From positions 36,542 through 100,541 of the forward strand of contig PLLE01000043.1 in the NCBI GenBank assembly GCA_003141245.1: 64,000 nt of DNA, written 5' to 3'. Made by a program: the position numbers and the translations under genes. This document shows, one piece after another, positions 38,079-47,585 of this stretch. The DNA is from Chloroflexota bacterium. GTDB lineage: Bacteria > Chloroflexota > Limnocylindria > Limnocylindrales > CSP1-4. Each line of letters starts with the position of its first letter. The stretch's first letter is position 1. The notes below the pieces were generated by a model. It was given only the letters and a program-made list of their open reading frames with translations, was not told where the DNA came from and did no database searches.

Positions 38079-39024
38079 CGAAGCTCTCCTCCGTCTCGGC
38101 GGGTCGGACGTCTCCACCTCCGACCAGCGCCACATACACGTCTTCCAGCGTCGCCGGCCCGAGGGTGAACTCCTCGACCGCTCCGGCCCGTTGCAGCGAT
38201 TCGGCCCAGGCGACGGCGGGGCCGGCGGCGTCCATCGGGACACCGACCATCAGCCGATTACCGACCGCGACGACCGACCGACCGAACGGCGAGACCGGCG
38301 CCTCGGCCGCTCTGGGGTCGACGACGAGCTCCAGCCGAAGCTCCGCGCCGAGGACGGCCTTGAGCTCCGCCGGCGTCCCCTCGGCGATGACCCGGCCCGC
38401 GTCGAGGATCGCCAGGCGATCCACCGAGCGCTCTGCCTCGATGACGTTGTGCGTGACCAGCAGCACCGCGGCGCCGTCGTCGGCGAGCGCCCGCACTTGC
38501 TGCCACAGCAGCCGGCGGCGGACCGGATCCACGTCGTTGGTCGGCTCGTCGAGCATCACCAGGCGGCCCGGGGCGACCGAGGCCATGGCGAAAGCCACCA
38601 GCCGCTTGACGCCACCGGAGAGCCGGGCCGCGTCTACGTCGAGCCACTCCCCGAGTTCGAGGGCGTCGACGAGAATCCCGCGGCGGCGCCGAACCTCCGC
38701 CTTGGACGCGCCGCGCAACTGGCCGAGCAGCTCGATCGCCTGGCGCGGCGTCAGGCCGTCGATCGGGACCTGGGCCTGAGCCTGGAACGAGCACAGCCGG
38801 CGGGCCAGCCCCGGGTCCGCGACCAGGTCATGACCGTCGATCAGGATGGAGCCGGAGGTCGGCTTGAGCAGCCCCACGACCTGGTTGACGAGGGTCGTCT
38901 TGCCGGCGCCGTTGTGGCCGAGCAGACCGAAGACTTCACCCTCCTCGACCGACAGGGTGATGCCGTCGTTGGCCCTTGTTCCGGTCCGGTACACCTTGGT
39001 CAGGTTCTCGATTTCCAGCAACAT
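38062..39024 (-). CDS. ABC exporter ATP-binding protein
   Basis: GHNGAGKTT, LSGG, LDEPT, VTH. Confidence 0.93.
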   Translation of the reverse strand: MLLEIENLTKVYRTGTRANDGITLSVEEGEVFGLLGHNGAGKTTLVNQVVGLLKPTSGSILIDGHDLVADPGLARRLCSFQAQAQVPIDGLTPRQAIELLGQLRGASKAEVRRRRGILVDALELGEWLDVDAARLSGGVKRLVAFAMASVAPGRLVMLDEPTNDVDPVRRRLLWQQVRALADDGAAVLLVTHNVIEAERSVDRLAILDAGRVIAEGTPAELKAVLGAELRLELVVDPRAAEAPVSPFGRSVVAVGNRLMVGVPMDAAGPAVAWAESLQRAGAVEEFTLGPATLEDVYVALVGGGDVRPAETEESFDASAA

Positions 39025-39208
39025 CCTTGTCCTCTTTCGCCTCGTCTATCGGCTGCCGGGAGTTGATAGGGCTGGCGCCCCGGTCGGGTCTCGCTCCCGG
39101 CGTCCGCCAGCTGTCTTCCATTTGTTTCAGGCAACACCCGTCCAGGCCGAGGTCGGCGACCGACCCGGGACGGCTCGATGGATTGGATTGCGGCGCGGGG
39201 CCGCGAGA

Positions 39209-39643
39209 CTACTCGATGGCTATCCGAACCTCGTCGCCATCGTCGGAGACCTCCAGAATCGGCCCGGTCATCCCGCTCCGGATCGCCTCCGCGATGCGGG
39301 ACCGGTGGTCCGGCGAAAGACCCGGCACCTGGTCGATCGCGAACCCCGCCGCAGCCAGAGGGATCTGAAGGTTGATTACCTGGCGGCCCTTCTCGGCCAC
39401 ATAGACTCTGATCTTACGACCGTCGAGCAGCTCTTGGGCACCGCCGGCTCGACGGCCTCCTTCACGGCCGGTCTCCTTTGCGCTTTGGCGCGCGCCGGCG
39501 GCGCCGGAACCGGTTCCGACGCCGTTGGGGCGAGTCTCGCTGGGGGCTCTCTCCTCGAGTGCGGCCACGATCGGCGCCGCTTCCTCGGCCGTGATGCGGC
39601 CCTCCGAAACGAGACGGAGCAATACCTCCAGCGCACCGGACAT
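39209..39643 (-). CDS. Small protein with an N-terminal SHOCT-like (YvlB/LiaX-type) motif
   Basis: LLRLVSEGRITAEEA; C-terminal IRVYV...INLQIPL...ILEVSDDGDEVRIAIE. Confidence 0.8.
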   Translation of the reverse strand: MSGALEVLLRLVSEGRITAEEAAPIVAALEERAPSETRPNGVGTGSGAAGARQSAKETGREGGRRAGGAQELLDGRKIRVYVAEKGRQVINLQIPLAAAGFAIDQVPGLSPDHRSRIAEAIRSGMTGPILEVSDDGDEVRIAIE

Positions 39644-39648
39644 CGCCG

Positions 39649-40821
39649 CTACCTCCCCGTCCGGTCGAGCCGCGACGCGGCCTCGTCGACCCCGATCTCG
39701 CCTCGCTCGAGGGCCTGGAGGATCGCCAGCGCATCATCGTCGGCCTGGTCGTCGCGGGCATGGTCGGCGGCTTCCTCGACGGTCTCGTCCGGGTTCCAGC
39801 TCTCCGCCGACCCATCGGCCGGCGCTTCGGTGGTGGGGGTCGCGGCTGCCACGGCGGCGGTGGCGCCTGGTTGTGGCCGAGCGGTATCGCCGCTGGCGAC
39901 GGCCGCATGGGTCTCGGCCGGCGCGGGCTCGCTTCGCCCGGGGCCAGCGACAGGTTGCGTGGCGGCCGCCCTGCCGGAGGTGCCGACGACCGTGTCGGAT
40001 GGGCGAGGCGCCAGCAGACGCAACGAGCCCGAGGTCGAATTGACTCGCAGGTTCGCCCGCCCGTCGCCGACGATCGCTCGCCAGAACCCACGCGTGCCCT
40101 CGATGTGGCGCTCGATTTCGGAGTGGATCGAGCCCGAGACCGTCTTGAGCTCGGCGCTGACTCCGGATAGAGGCGTGAAGTCCACGCTGCCGGAGATCGA
40201 CTCGGCGCGGTGGTCGCCCGCCGGGTCCAGGGCTCCGACGACGATCATGCTGCCGCTCGTCGTCGAGAGGCTCAGGTCGTGGAAGAGGCCGGCGCGGGCC
40301 TTGATGCCGCCGGAGATGGTGCTGGCCCGGAGGCGCAGCGCCGATCCGCCGTCTAGGGTGATGCCGCCCGAGATGGTTCCGGCCTCCACGTGTCCGCCCA
40401 GATTCCACATGCGGATCTCGCCCGAGACCGTCCTGTACTTCTGGTCGCCGACGAGATTCTCGGCCTCGATGGAGCCGCTCAACGTCTCGAACCGGAGCTT
40501 CGTGCCCCAGGGGGCCTCGACGAGAACGTCGGCGCTGACCCGGGCGCCGCCGAAGAGCCAGGCCAGGCCCGTGGAGAGCCGCCGCTCCGGCGTCTCGATC
40601 TCGAGCGAACCGTCGCCGCGCTCGATGGCCACGCGGCCGCTGTCGAGGGCTCGTTCGGCGGAGGCGTGGTCGGTCGCCCTAATGCGATAAGCCACCGTCA
40701 CGCGCGCGTCGTCACCGTCGATCCCTCGGACGCGAACCAGGCCGGTGACGGTCTTGACCGAAAGCCGTCCGGCGGAACCCAATCGATGCGTGAGCGACTC
40801 CCGGCGCTCCAGCGTGCCCAT
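39649..40821 (-). CDS. DUF4097 (adhesin-like beta-repeat) protein with a C-terminal SHOCT-like motif
   Basis: Repeated T(I/V/L)SG(S/E/G)I units; C-terminal ILQALERGEIGVDEA. Confidence 0.85.
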   Translation of the reverse strand: MGTLERRESLTHRLGSAGRLSVKTVTGLVRVRGIDGDDARVTVAYRIRATDHASAERALDSGRVAIERGDGSLEIETPERRLSTGLAWLFGGARVSADVLVEAPWGTKLRFETLSGSIEAENLVGDQKYRTVSGEIRMWNLGGHVEAGTISGGITLDGGSALRLRASTISGGIKARAGLFHDLSLSTTSGSMIVVGALDPAGDHRAESISGSVDFTPLSGVSAELKTVSGSIHSEIERHIEGTRGFWRAIVGDGRANLRVNSTSGSLRLLAPRPSDTVVGTSGRAAATQPVAGPGRSEPAPAETHAAVASGDTARPQPGATAAVAAATPTTEAPADGSAESWNPDETVEEAADHARDDQADDDALAILQALERGEIGVDEAASRLDRTGR

Positions 40822-40824
40822 CTC

Positions 40825-41235
40825 CTACTCCTTCCGAGAGCGGATCAGGGCCGCGGCCTCGTCCGCCGTGATCTCATGTCGAGCCAGCCGCTCCAGAACC
40901 TCGCGGCGCAGCCCACTCATCTCACCCCGCCCCGAACCGTCGTCAGAGCCGTCGTCGGCGAAGGTGCCTTCCGCCAGGCCGAGCGCCCGAACGAGGGCGT
41001 CGATCCGAGCGCGGACCGTCGGGTAGGAGAGCTTGAGTTCCCGCTCCAGCTCCTTCAGGTTGCCCCGAGCGCGCAGGAAGCTCTCCAGGAGAGCCAGCTG
41101 CTCGCGGCTCAGGCGCCCAAAGCGGCCGACGCTGAAGTCGCCCTCGATGGCGGTGCCGCAGCTTCGACATTGCAGCCGGGTCACGAACAGCTCGCTCGAG
41201 CAGACCGGACAGGTCGAGATCACGTCGCGTGTCAT
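40825..41235 (-). CDS. DUF2089 family protein (Zn ribbon, HTH, SHOCT-like)
   Basis: CPVC..L.VTRLQCRSCGT.IEG.F, RGNLKELERELKLSYPTVRAR; SD GGAG before ATG 41235. Confidence 0.9.
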   Translation of the reverse strand: MTRDVISTCPVCSSELFVTRLQCRSCGTAIEGDFSVGRFGRLSREQLALLESFLRARGNLKELERELKLSYPTVRARIDALVRALGLAEGTFADDGSDDGSGRGEMSGLRREVLERLARHEITADEAAALIRSRKE

Positions 41236-41292
41236 TGGTACCGTCACTCCGGAGATCACGACCGGCCAGTGGCTGGTCTGGACCTCGTGAGT

Positions 41293-41349
41293 TGTCACTA
41301 TTGCATAAGGCCTTTCTATATGTCAAGGACACCTTACCATTTTGATAAA
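41293..41349 (-). promoter_or_regulatory. AT-rich promoter/operator of the DUF2089 operon
   Basis: TTGACA (41321-41326) inside the palindrome CCTT-N10-AAGG (41311-41328), flanked by two related imperfect copies. Confidence 0.5.
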
Positions 41350-41516
41350 CTGGCCTCCTAGATACCTAGATACGGCCGGCCGGAGACGGGCATGACGGCC
41401 CGAGTCGCCGGATTCGGCCGGTGAGCGCGCGGTCCCGGACTTCAGAGCCGTCTGGTGTAGGGGGTATAGATTCGCCTCGACGGCGCGCGATGCGCCTTCG
41501 ATCTCCTGGAGGCGCA

Positions 41517-42098
41517 ATGGCTCGTCGGGTCTACCTAATCGAGAATCCCGATCGTTTCGTCGCCGGCGCGGTCGGTCAGCCGGGCAGCCGCATCTTCTAT
41601 CTGCAGGCCCGCGAGGGCTCTCGCGTCGTCACCGTCGTCCTGGAAAAGACCCAGGTCGCGCTGCTCGCGGAACGCCTGAGCGAGCTGCTGGCGGAGGTGC
41701 GCAGCCGCGGCGCGGACGTGCCCGACGATCTATCGACCGACGAGGTGGACCGGGCTCCCCTCGAAGAGCCCCTCGTCGAGGCCTTCCGGGTCGGGACGAT
41801 GGCGATCGTATGGGACGGAGACGACGAGAGCGTCGTCGTGGAGGCGCGCGAGGTCAAGGTAGACGAGGGCGACGAGGGCGACGAAGAGACGGACGAAGAG
41901 ACGGACGAAGCCGCGGACGACGAGGACGACGAAGACGGCGACCTCATGCGCGTCCACATGGAGCCGCGCAAGGCGCTCGCATTCGCCGGCCGAGCCCTGG
42001 AAGTCGTCGCGGCGGGCCGGCCGCCGTGCCCTTTCTGCGGCCAGCCACTCAACGCCGAGGGCCACATCTGCACCCGCCGAAACGGCTACATGCACTGA
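41517..42098 (+). CDS. DUF3090 family protein
   Basis: FVAGAVGQPGSRIFYLQAR, LEKTQV, AGRPPCPFCGQPL..EGHICTRRNG. Confidence 0.9.
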   Translation: MARRVYLIENPDRFVAGAVGQPGSRIFYLQAREGSRVVTVVLEKTQVALLAERLSELLAEVRSRGADVPDDLSTDEVDRAPLEEPLVEAFRVGTMAIVWDGDDESVVVEAREVKVDEGDEGDEETDEETDEAADDEDDEDGDLMRVHMEPRKALAFAGRALEVVAAGRPPCPFCGQPLNAEGHICTRRNGYMH

Positions 42099-42105
42099 GA
42101 TCGAG

Positions 42106-42939
42106 ATGGCCGAATCGAGAGCAGACGAGAGCCGCAGTCAGGCCGAGTCGCGTCTCACTCGCGAGGAGATGGAAGCAGCCGCCCTCGACGGACGTCAGGT
42201 CGGCGGCGAGATCGACACGGAGACCGCGCTGCGAGTCCTCAACGACGGCGAGCTGACCGTCGTGGGCAGGCTGCTGTCGGCCTCGAACGCGACCTTCTTC
42301 TGTCTCGTGGAGGAGCATCGGCCCGGCGGCGAGCCAGGGCCGATCGCCAGTTGCGTCTACAAACCGATCCGCGGCGAGCGGCCCCTGATCGACTTCCCCG
42401 ACGGGACCCTGGCCTGCCGCGAGGCGGCCGCTTACGCCGTCTCGGAGGCGAGCGGCTGGAACCTGATCCCACCCACAGTGCTGCGCGACGGACCCTTCGG
42501 CCCGGGCATGGTCCAACTCTGGATGGAGGCCGACGAGACGGTCGACGTGGCCGCGCTCATCGGCGACGACCTCCCCGCACTGCGCCGCATCGCCCTCTTC
42601 GACGCCGTCCTCAACAACGCCGACCGCAAGGGCGGGCACCTGCTGCCACTCCCCGACGGGCGGATCCTGGGCATCGACAACGGGCTGTGCTTCGCCGTCG
42701 AGCCGAAGCTGAGGACGGTCCTGTGGCTGTGGCGCGGTCAGCCGCTGGACGAAGACGAAGTTACGGCGCTGTCGCGTTTGCGCGAGCGACTGGGTGGGAC
42801 GCTGGGCGAGCAGCTGCGCGCGCTGCTGGTGCCGACCGAAATACTCGCGACGGTGCGACGGATCGACGGCCTGCTGACCAACCGCCGCTTCCCCCTCCCC
42901 GACCGCGATCGGCCGGCCATTCCATGGCCGCCGTTCTAG
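42106..42939 (+). CDS. SCO1664 family (PI3/4-kinase-like) protein
   Basis: SNATF, VYKPIRGERPL.DFPDGTLA.RE.AAY, NNADRKGGH, IDNGLCF, PWPPF. Confidence 0.9.
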   Translation: MAESRADESRSQAESRLTREEMEAAALDGRQVGGEIDTETALRVLNDGELTVVGRLLSASNATFFCLVEEHRPGGEPGPIASCVYKPIRGERPLIDFPDGTLACREAAAYAVSEASGWNLIPPTVLRDGPFGPGMVQLWMEADETVDVAALIGDDLPALRRIALFDAVLNNADRKGGHLLPLPDGRILGIDNGLCFAVEPKLRTVLWLWRGQPLDEDEVTALSRLRERLGGTLGEQLRALLVPTEILATVRRIDGLLTNRRFPLPDRDRPAIPWPPF

Positions 42940-43036
42940 GTCAGGCCCTGGCCGCCGGTTCGCGGCTCCTCTCGTGCGGCGATCGGCGCACGAGGCGCCT
43001 GCTCCTCCGGCACAATCGCGCCAGGAGGGAGATGAC

Positions 43037-44125
43037 TTGCTGAGCTATCTCGCAATCCGGACCCGGATCATCGCCAGCGTCGCCATAGCGGCCACGTGCG
43101 GCGCCCTGGTGTTGCGCGCCGCGGACGCGGCGCCGGCGACCGTCTTCATCGTGACCTGTGTGGCCCTGGCCGGCCTGGCCGCGATGGTCGGCGAGGTGAC
43201 GGACCAGCTCAGCGGGCGACTCGGGCCCGGCGCGACCGGCGTCCTCCAGTCGGCGCTCGGCAACCTGCCGGAGTTCTTCATCGGCATCTTCGCCCTGCGG
43301 GCGGGCCTGGTCGACGTCGTCCGATCGGCTCTCGTCGGCTCGATCCTGGCGAACACGCTTCTGGTTCTCGGCCTCGCCTTCATCGCCGGAGGACTTCGCC
43401 ACGGAGCCCAGAAGTTCGGCGGCGATCAGACCCGCACCATGTCGACGCTGCTGCTGCTGGCGGTCGCGGCCCTGGCCATCCCGACGATCGCGGCGGCCCC
43501 CGGCGGCCCGGATCGCGGTCACGAGACCGAGATTTCGGTCGTCGTCTCGGTCGTCCTGCTGATCGTCTTCGCGGCCAGCATCCCGTTCTCGATCGGCAAG
43601 GGCGGCCCGGCGGTCGGAGCCGAAGAAGGCCTCGTCCTGACCGACACGCTGTGGCCCCTCGGCGTAGCGCTCGGGGTCCTGGCGGCGGCGGGAGTCGGGG
43701 CCGCCTTCGCCTCCGATTGGTTCGTCGAGGCTCTCCAGCCCACGATGCAGACTTTCGGGATGTCGCAGTCGTTCGCCGGCCTGGTGGTCGTCGCGATCGC
43801 CGGCAATGCCGTCGAGAACTTCACCGGGATAAGGGCCATGCTCGCCGACAAGGGCGACCTGGCGATCAGCCTGATCCTCAACTCGAGCCTGCAGGTGGCG
43901 CTTGCCCTCACGCCGATCCTGGTGATCGCCAGCCTGCTGCTGGGCGGGGCCACGCTCACGCTGGTCGTCTCGCCGCTCCTGGTCGTCGCGCTCGCGCTGG
44001 CGACCCTGCTGGCGGCCTTTGTCGTGATCGACGGCGAGTCGACCTGGCTCGAAGGTCTGGCGCTGGTGGGGCTGTACGTGATCGTCGCCGCCAGCGTCTG
44101 GTGGGGCGCGCCGATCGCGGGTTGA
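43037..44125 (+). CDS. Ca2+/H+ antiporter (CaCA family)
   Basis: GNLPE and GNAVE alpha repeats, GSILANTLL, NSSLQVAL, DGESTWLEG; SD AGGAGG before TTG. Confidence 0.9.
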   Translation: MLSYLAIRTRIIASVAIAATCGALVLRAADAAPATVFIVTCVALAGLAAMVGEVTDQLSGRLGPGATGVLQSALGNLPEFFIGIFALRAGLVDVVRSALVGSILANTLLVLGLAFIAGGLRHGAQKFGGDQTRTMSTLLLLAVAALAIPTIAAAPGGPDRGHETEISVVVSVVLLIVFAASIPFSIGKGGPAVGAEEGLVLTDTLWPLGVALGVLAAAGVGAAFASDWFVEALQPTMQTFGMSQSFAGLVVVAIAGNAVENFTGIRAMLADKGDLAISLILNSSLQVALALTPILVIASLLLGGATLTLVVSPLLVVALALATLLAAFVVIDGESTWLEGLALVGLYVIVAASVWWGAPIAG

Positions 44126-44153
44126 CCCGAACGCTCGGCTAGACTTGCCTCCC

Positions 44154-45245
44154 TTGGATCCCGCCGCGCAGCCGTCACGCGATGCCCGACCGAGCCCGAG
44201 TCAGGGCCGGCGCGTCTTCCGCAGGATCGTCGCCGGCCCGAGGACCTACGAGACGCTGTGGCAAGTCTTCGCCGTCAGCCTCTTCCTGACGATCGGCGTC
44301 CAGGTCGCGGTCGGCGTGGCCACGAGGCTCATGGTCGACTCGTGGCCCGCCTACGACACCAATGCCTACTGGCTGGCGTCGCGTCACATCCTTCAGGGAC
44401 AGCCTCTGTACGAGCAGTCGACGATCTGGGCCGGCGGCGTCTACAAGTACCCACCGATCTTCGCCCAACTCACCTTCCTGATCGCGTTGGTACCCGAGGT
44501 CTTCGTCGACTGGGCCTGGCGCATCCTCGGCATAATGTGCTTGCGCTACCTCTGCGGGTCCTGGCGGCTGACCCTGATCGCGACCCTGCAGTGGCCCGTC
44601 TGGGCCGAGCTCGACTTCGGCAACGTCACGCTGCAGCTCGGGGCAGTGCTGCTCTTCGCGCTGCGCGATCGTCGCGGCGCATATCTGCTGCCTTGGTTCG
44701 CGGCGCTAAAGTTCGGGCCCGGCCTGCTGATCCCCTACCTGTGGCTGACCAGGCCCGACTACCGCCGACCGCTGGCTATCGGCTGCGGGGTCTTCGCGGC
44801 CGCTTGCGCCGTCTCGGCCCTCGCCGCGCCCGGGCTGTGGGTCGACTATCTGGGCACGTTCGGCTGGGAGGCCGCCTCGGAGATGCGGGCCCTGCACGTG
44901 CTTGCGATCGTCCCGGACCACGGCGGATTGGACTTCGCGATTCGCTGTGCGATCGCGGCGGCGGCCGTTCTCGTGGCGATTCGCCGGCGGGCGGACTGGC
45001 TGGCATTCCTGGCCGCCGCGGCGACGATGCCGATCTTCTCCCTCACCCGGCTGGCGGTGCTCGTGGGCCTGTGGCCCTTGTGGCTGCGCGACCGTGTGGA
45101 CGAGTGGCGGCGCAGCGGGGGTCGAGTGCGTGGCGCGGCCTCGGATGCGCTGGAGCATCTGGGACTCGTGTCAGGGCCCGTGGCTCCTGCGCCGACTGCG
45201 GCTCCGGCGCCGACCGCGGGCCCGACGCAGTCCGGTCGGAGCTAG
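44154..45245 (+). CDS. GT87/DUF2029-like membrane glycosyltransferase
   Basis: DTNAYW, PLY, YKYPP, GNV, LKFGP; multiple TM. Start uncertain (44145 or 44154). Confidence 0.75.
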   Translation: MDPAAQPSRDARPSPSQGRRVFRRIVAGPRTYETLWQVFAVSLFLTIGVQVAVGVATRLMVDSWPAYDTNAYWLASRHILQGQPLYEQSTIWAGGVYKYPPIFAQLTFLIALVPEVFVDWAWRILGIMCLRYLCGSWRLTLIATLQWPVWAELDFGNVTLQLGAVLLFALRDRRGAYLLPWFAALKFGPGLLIPYLWLTRPDYRRPLAIGCGVFAAACAVSALAAPGLWVDYLGTFGWEAASEMRALHVLAIVPDHGGLDFAIRCAIAAAAVLVAIRRRADWLAFLAAAATMPIFSLTRLAVLVGLWPLWLRDRVDEWRRSGGRVRGAASDALEHLGLVSGPVAPAPTAAPAPTAGPTQSGRS

Positions 45246-46264
45246 ACGCGCCTTTCGCGCCAGGCCGGATCGCCGTGGCGCTGTGCCACCAGGGGCCACG
45301 CCCCCACGAGGCCCACGTCCTTGCCCAACTCGGAAGGCACGATCTTGACGCGCGCCGCCGGAGCTCGCAGGGCCGAGCTCTCGACGGCCGCACGCGCCGG
45401 AGCCAGCCAGCGCTCTCCCTGTCGCTCGGCCAGCGTCCCGCCGACGACGATGCGCTCGGGGTTGAAGGCATTGACCCAGCCGACGCAGGCGATCGCGAAG
45501 GCCTGCCGCGCACGCTGCATCAGCCGGGCGCACACCTCGTCTCCCGCCGCTTCGCCCTCGGCCACGTCCTTGCCGGTCAGCGGCGCCAGATCGGCCCGCG
45601 CCCGCAGGAAGTCGGACGCTCCCCGAGCCACCTCGTCCTGGGCCTGCATAGCCAGTCCCGCTCCGGCGGCTATCCCCTCGAGATGGCCCCTGCCTCCGCA
45701 GCCGCAACGCGGCCCGCCGTTCGCGACCAGGCAGACGTGGCCAAGCTCGCCCGCCGTGCCGTCGGGTCCGAGCATCAAGCAGCCGTCGTGGAAGATGGCC
45801 CCGCCCAGGCCCGTGGAGACGGTGAGGTACAGGAAATCGCCACAGCCGCGGGCGGCGCCCAACCAGTGCTCGGCCAGGGCGGCGACATTAGTGTCACGCT
45901 CCAGGTACGCGGGCAATCCGACGCGAGCTTCCATCTCATCCGCGAGCGGCGCGTCGCGGAAGACCTCCACGTTGGGCGGATCGACCACCAGACCTCGCCA
46001 CGGATCCACGGGTCCCATCGAAGAGATGCCGATGGCCGCCACTCGGGCGCGCACCGCCGCCGGCAGGCCATCGGCCGCTTCCCTCAAGAGCGCCGCGCAA
46101 GCCCGATAGATCGCCTCGGCGCCGTCCGCCACAGGCGTCGGAGCCGAGCAGCGACCCAGGCGCATCCCGTCCGGCTCGATGGCGGCGGCCCGGATCTGGG
46201 TGCCGCCGATGTCCAGGGCCAGAACCACCATTCGGTCCGAGGTGGTCTCGGCACCCTCGGCCAC
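45242..46264 (-). CDS. ROK family sugar kinase
   Basis: LDIGGT, DTNVAALAE, TVSTGLGG, GELGH, CGCGGRGHLE. Confidence 0.92.
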   Translation of the reverse strand: MAEGAETTSDRMVVLALDIGGTQIRAAAIEPDGMRLGRCSAPTPVADGAEAIYRACAALLREAADGLPAAVRARVAAIGISSMGPVDPWRGLVVDPPNVEVFRDAPLADEMEARVGLPAYLERDTNVAALAEHWLGAARGCGDFLYLTVSTGLGGAIFHDGCLMLGPDGTAGELGHVCLVANGGPRCGCGGRGHLEGIAAGAGLAMQAQDEVARGASDFLRARADLAPLTGKDVAEGEAAGDEVCARLMQRARQAFAIACVGWVNAFNPERIVVGGTLAERQGERWLAPARAAVESSALRAPAARVKIVPSELGKDVGLVGAWPLVAQRHGDPAWRERRV

Positions 46265-46267
46265 CCG

Positions 46268-47488
46268 TCAGATCTCGCCGACCGGCTGCTCCGGGGCAGG
46301 AGTCGCCGAGGACGGAGACGCCGGCGGGCTCGCCATCGGCCCTGCGGATGCTTTCGCCCGTCGAATCGTCAGCCGGCCCGGGATCGGGTGCCGTCCTTCG
46401 CCTTCGGTCCTATGTCCGGATTCTTCGGGATAGAGTTCGTGCAGGGTCACGTTCAGCGCGGCGGCGACGGGGACGCCCAACAGTCCGCCGAGCACGCCCC
46501 AGACGCTGAGCCCGACGAGCACGGCGAAGATCGTGACGACCGGATGCAGATGGACGGCTCGTCCGATGACAAGCGGCATGACGATCTGGTCCTCGATCTG
46601 TCGCACCACGAGATAGACCACCAGAACGACGATCATCGTGTCCGGGCCGCGAGTTGCGAAGGCCACTGTGCCGGCCAGGCCGGCGGCGATGATCGGCCCG
46701 ACCAGCGGGATGATCTCGAAGGCGCCGCTCAGGATCGCGAGCGCCAGGGCGTACGGCACGCCGAGAATCGGCCCCAGGATCACGTACAAGACCACCGCCA
46801 CGAGGCCGATCAGCAGCAGCTGGCCACGGAGCCAGCGACCCAGGACGACGTGGATCCGATGACCGATGCGGAGCGCCTCGGCCCGCTGAGATCGATCGAG
46901 AAAGCGCAGCGCGAACTGCCCGAATCGCCGCCCGTCGAGCAGCAAGTAGAAGGTGACGATCAACGCCAGGACTGTCTGGAGCGCCACATTCACCGCCTGC
47001 TCGGCCATGTGGATCGCGTCGGACGGGGTCTGGATCATGCCAAGAAGCGAAGCCCTGATCTGGGCCGCTAGGTCTGCGGTCTGGTAGGTCTGGCCGGCGA
47101 CGACGAGCTGATCGCCAAAGAGCTTGCGCAGCGCGGTGGCGATTACGTCCGACCCCCCGGACGAGAGGTACTGGAGCTCCGATCCGGCCCGTTCCGCCGC
47201 GATCACGGCCAGCGCCGCGATCAGGCCGAGGACGAGCACGAAGCCGACGCCAACGATCAGCGCACGCGGCGCATGGGTCTTCTCCGCCACCGCCGAAACG
47301 ATTGGCGAGAAGGCGTACGCCAGGACTGCCGCGACCACGAACGGCCCGATGATCCCGCGGGCGAGCCACAGGACCACCAGCATCGCGGCGCCGAGCGCCA
47401 ACAATCTGCCGCGTCCGCCGAAGAGGCTAAGGATGGGCCCGGGCGAGACGTTGAAGGATTCGCTCTTGGGGCCAGCCGGAGTGGTCAT
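46268..47488 (-). CDS. AI-2E family transporter
   Basis: LAYAFSP, FYLLLDG, WLRGQLL, IPLVGP, LHPV...GVLGGLLGVP. Confidence 0.9.
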   Translation of the reverse strand: MTTPAGPKSESFNVSPGPILSLFGGRGRLLALGAAMLVVLWLARGIIGPFVVAAVLAYAFSPIVSAVAEKTHAPRALIVGVGFVLVLGLIAALAVIAAERAGSELQYLSSGGSDVIATALRKLFGDQLVVAGQTYQTADLAAQIRASLLGMIQTPSDAIHMAEQAVNVALQTVLALIVTFYLLLDGRRFGQFALRFLDRSQRAEALRIGHRIHVVLGRWLRGQLLLIGLVAVVLYVILGPILGVPYALALAILSGAFEIIPLVGPIIAAGLAGTVAFATRGPDTMIVVLVVYLVVRQIEDQIVMPLVIGRAVHLHPVVTIFAVLVGLSVWGVLGGLLGVPVAAALNVTLHELYPEESGHRTEGEGRHPIPGRLTIRRAKASAGPMASPPASPSSATPAPEQPVGEI

Positions 47489-47585
47489 CTCGCGCGTCCC
47501 TTGTGTTCGGTGTGGTCAGGCGCAGACCGACACCCGTAGCCTACAGCGCGCCCTGACAGACGGGGGCTGATGGTACGCTCAGGTC

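Noticed and set aside
39123-39136. TGTTTCAGGCAACA as a parS site
   Set aside because: Only 14 bp with the wrong centre compared with TGTTTCACGTGAAACA; at most an unrelated operator.
44258-47071. 937-aa plus-strand ORF and similar very long ORFs (49527-52022, 52324-54405, 18886-20742, 38846-40690, 6218-8029)
   Set aside because: Arg/Gly/Ala-rich antisense or off-frame shadows of well-supported genes, expected at this GC content; no motifs.
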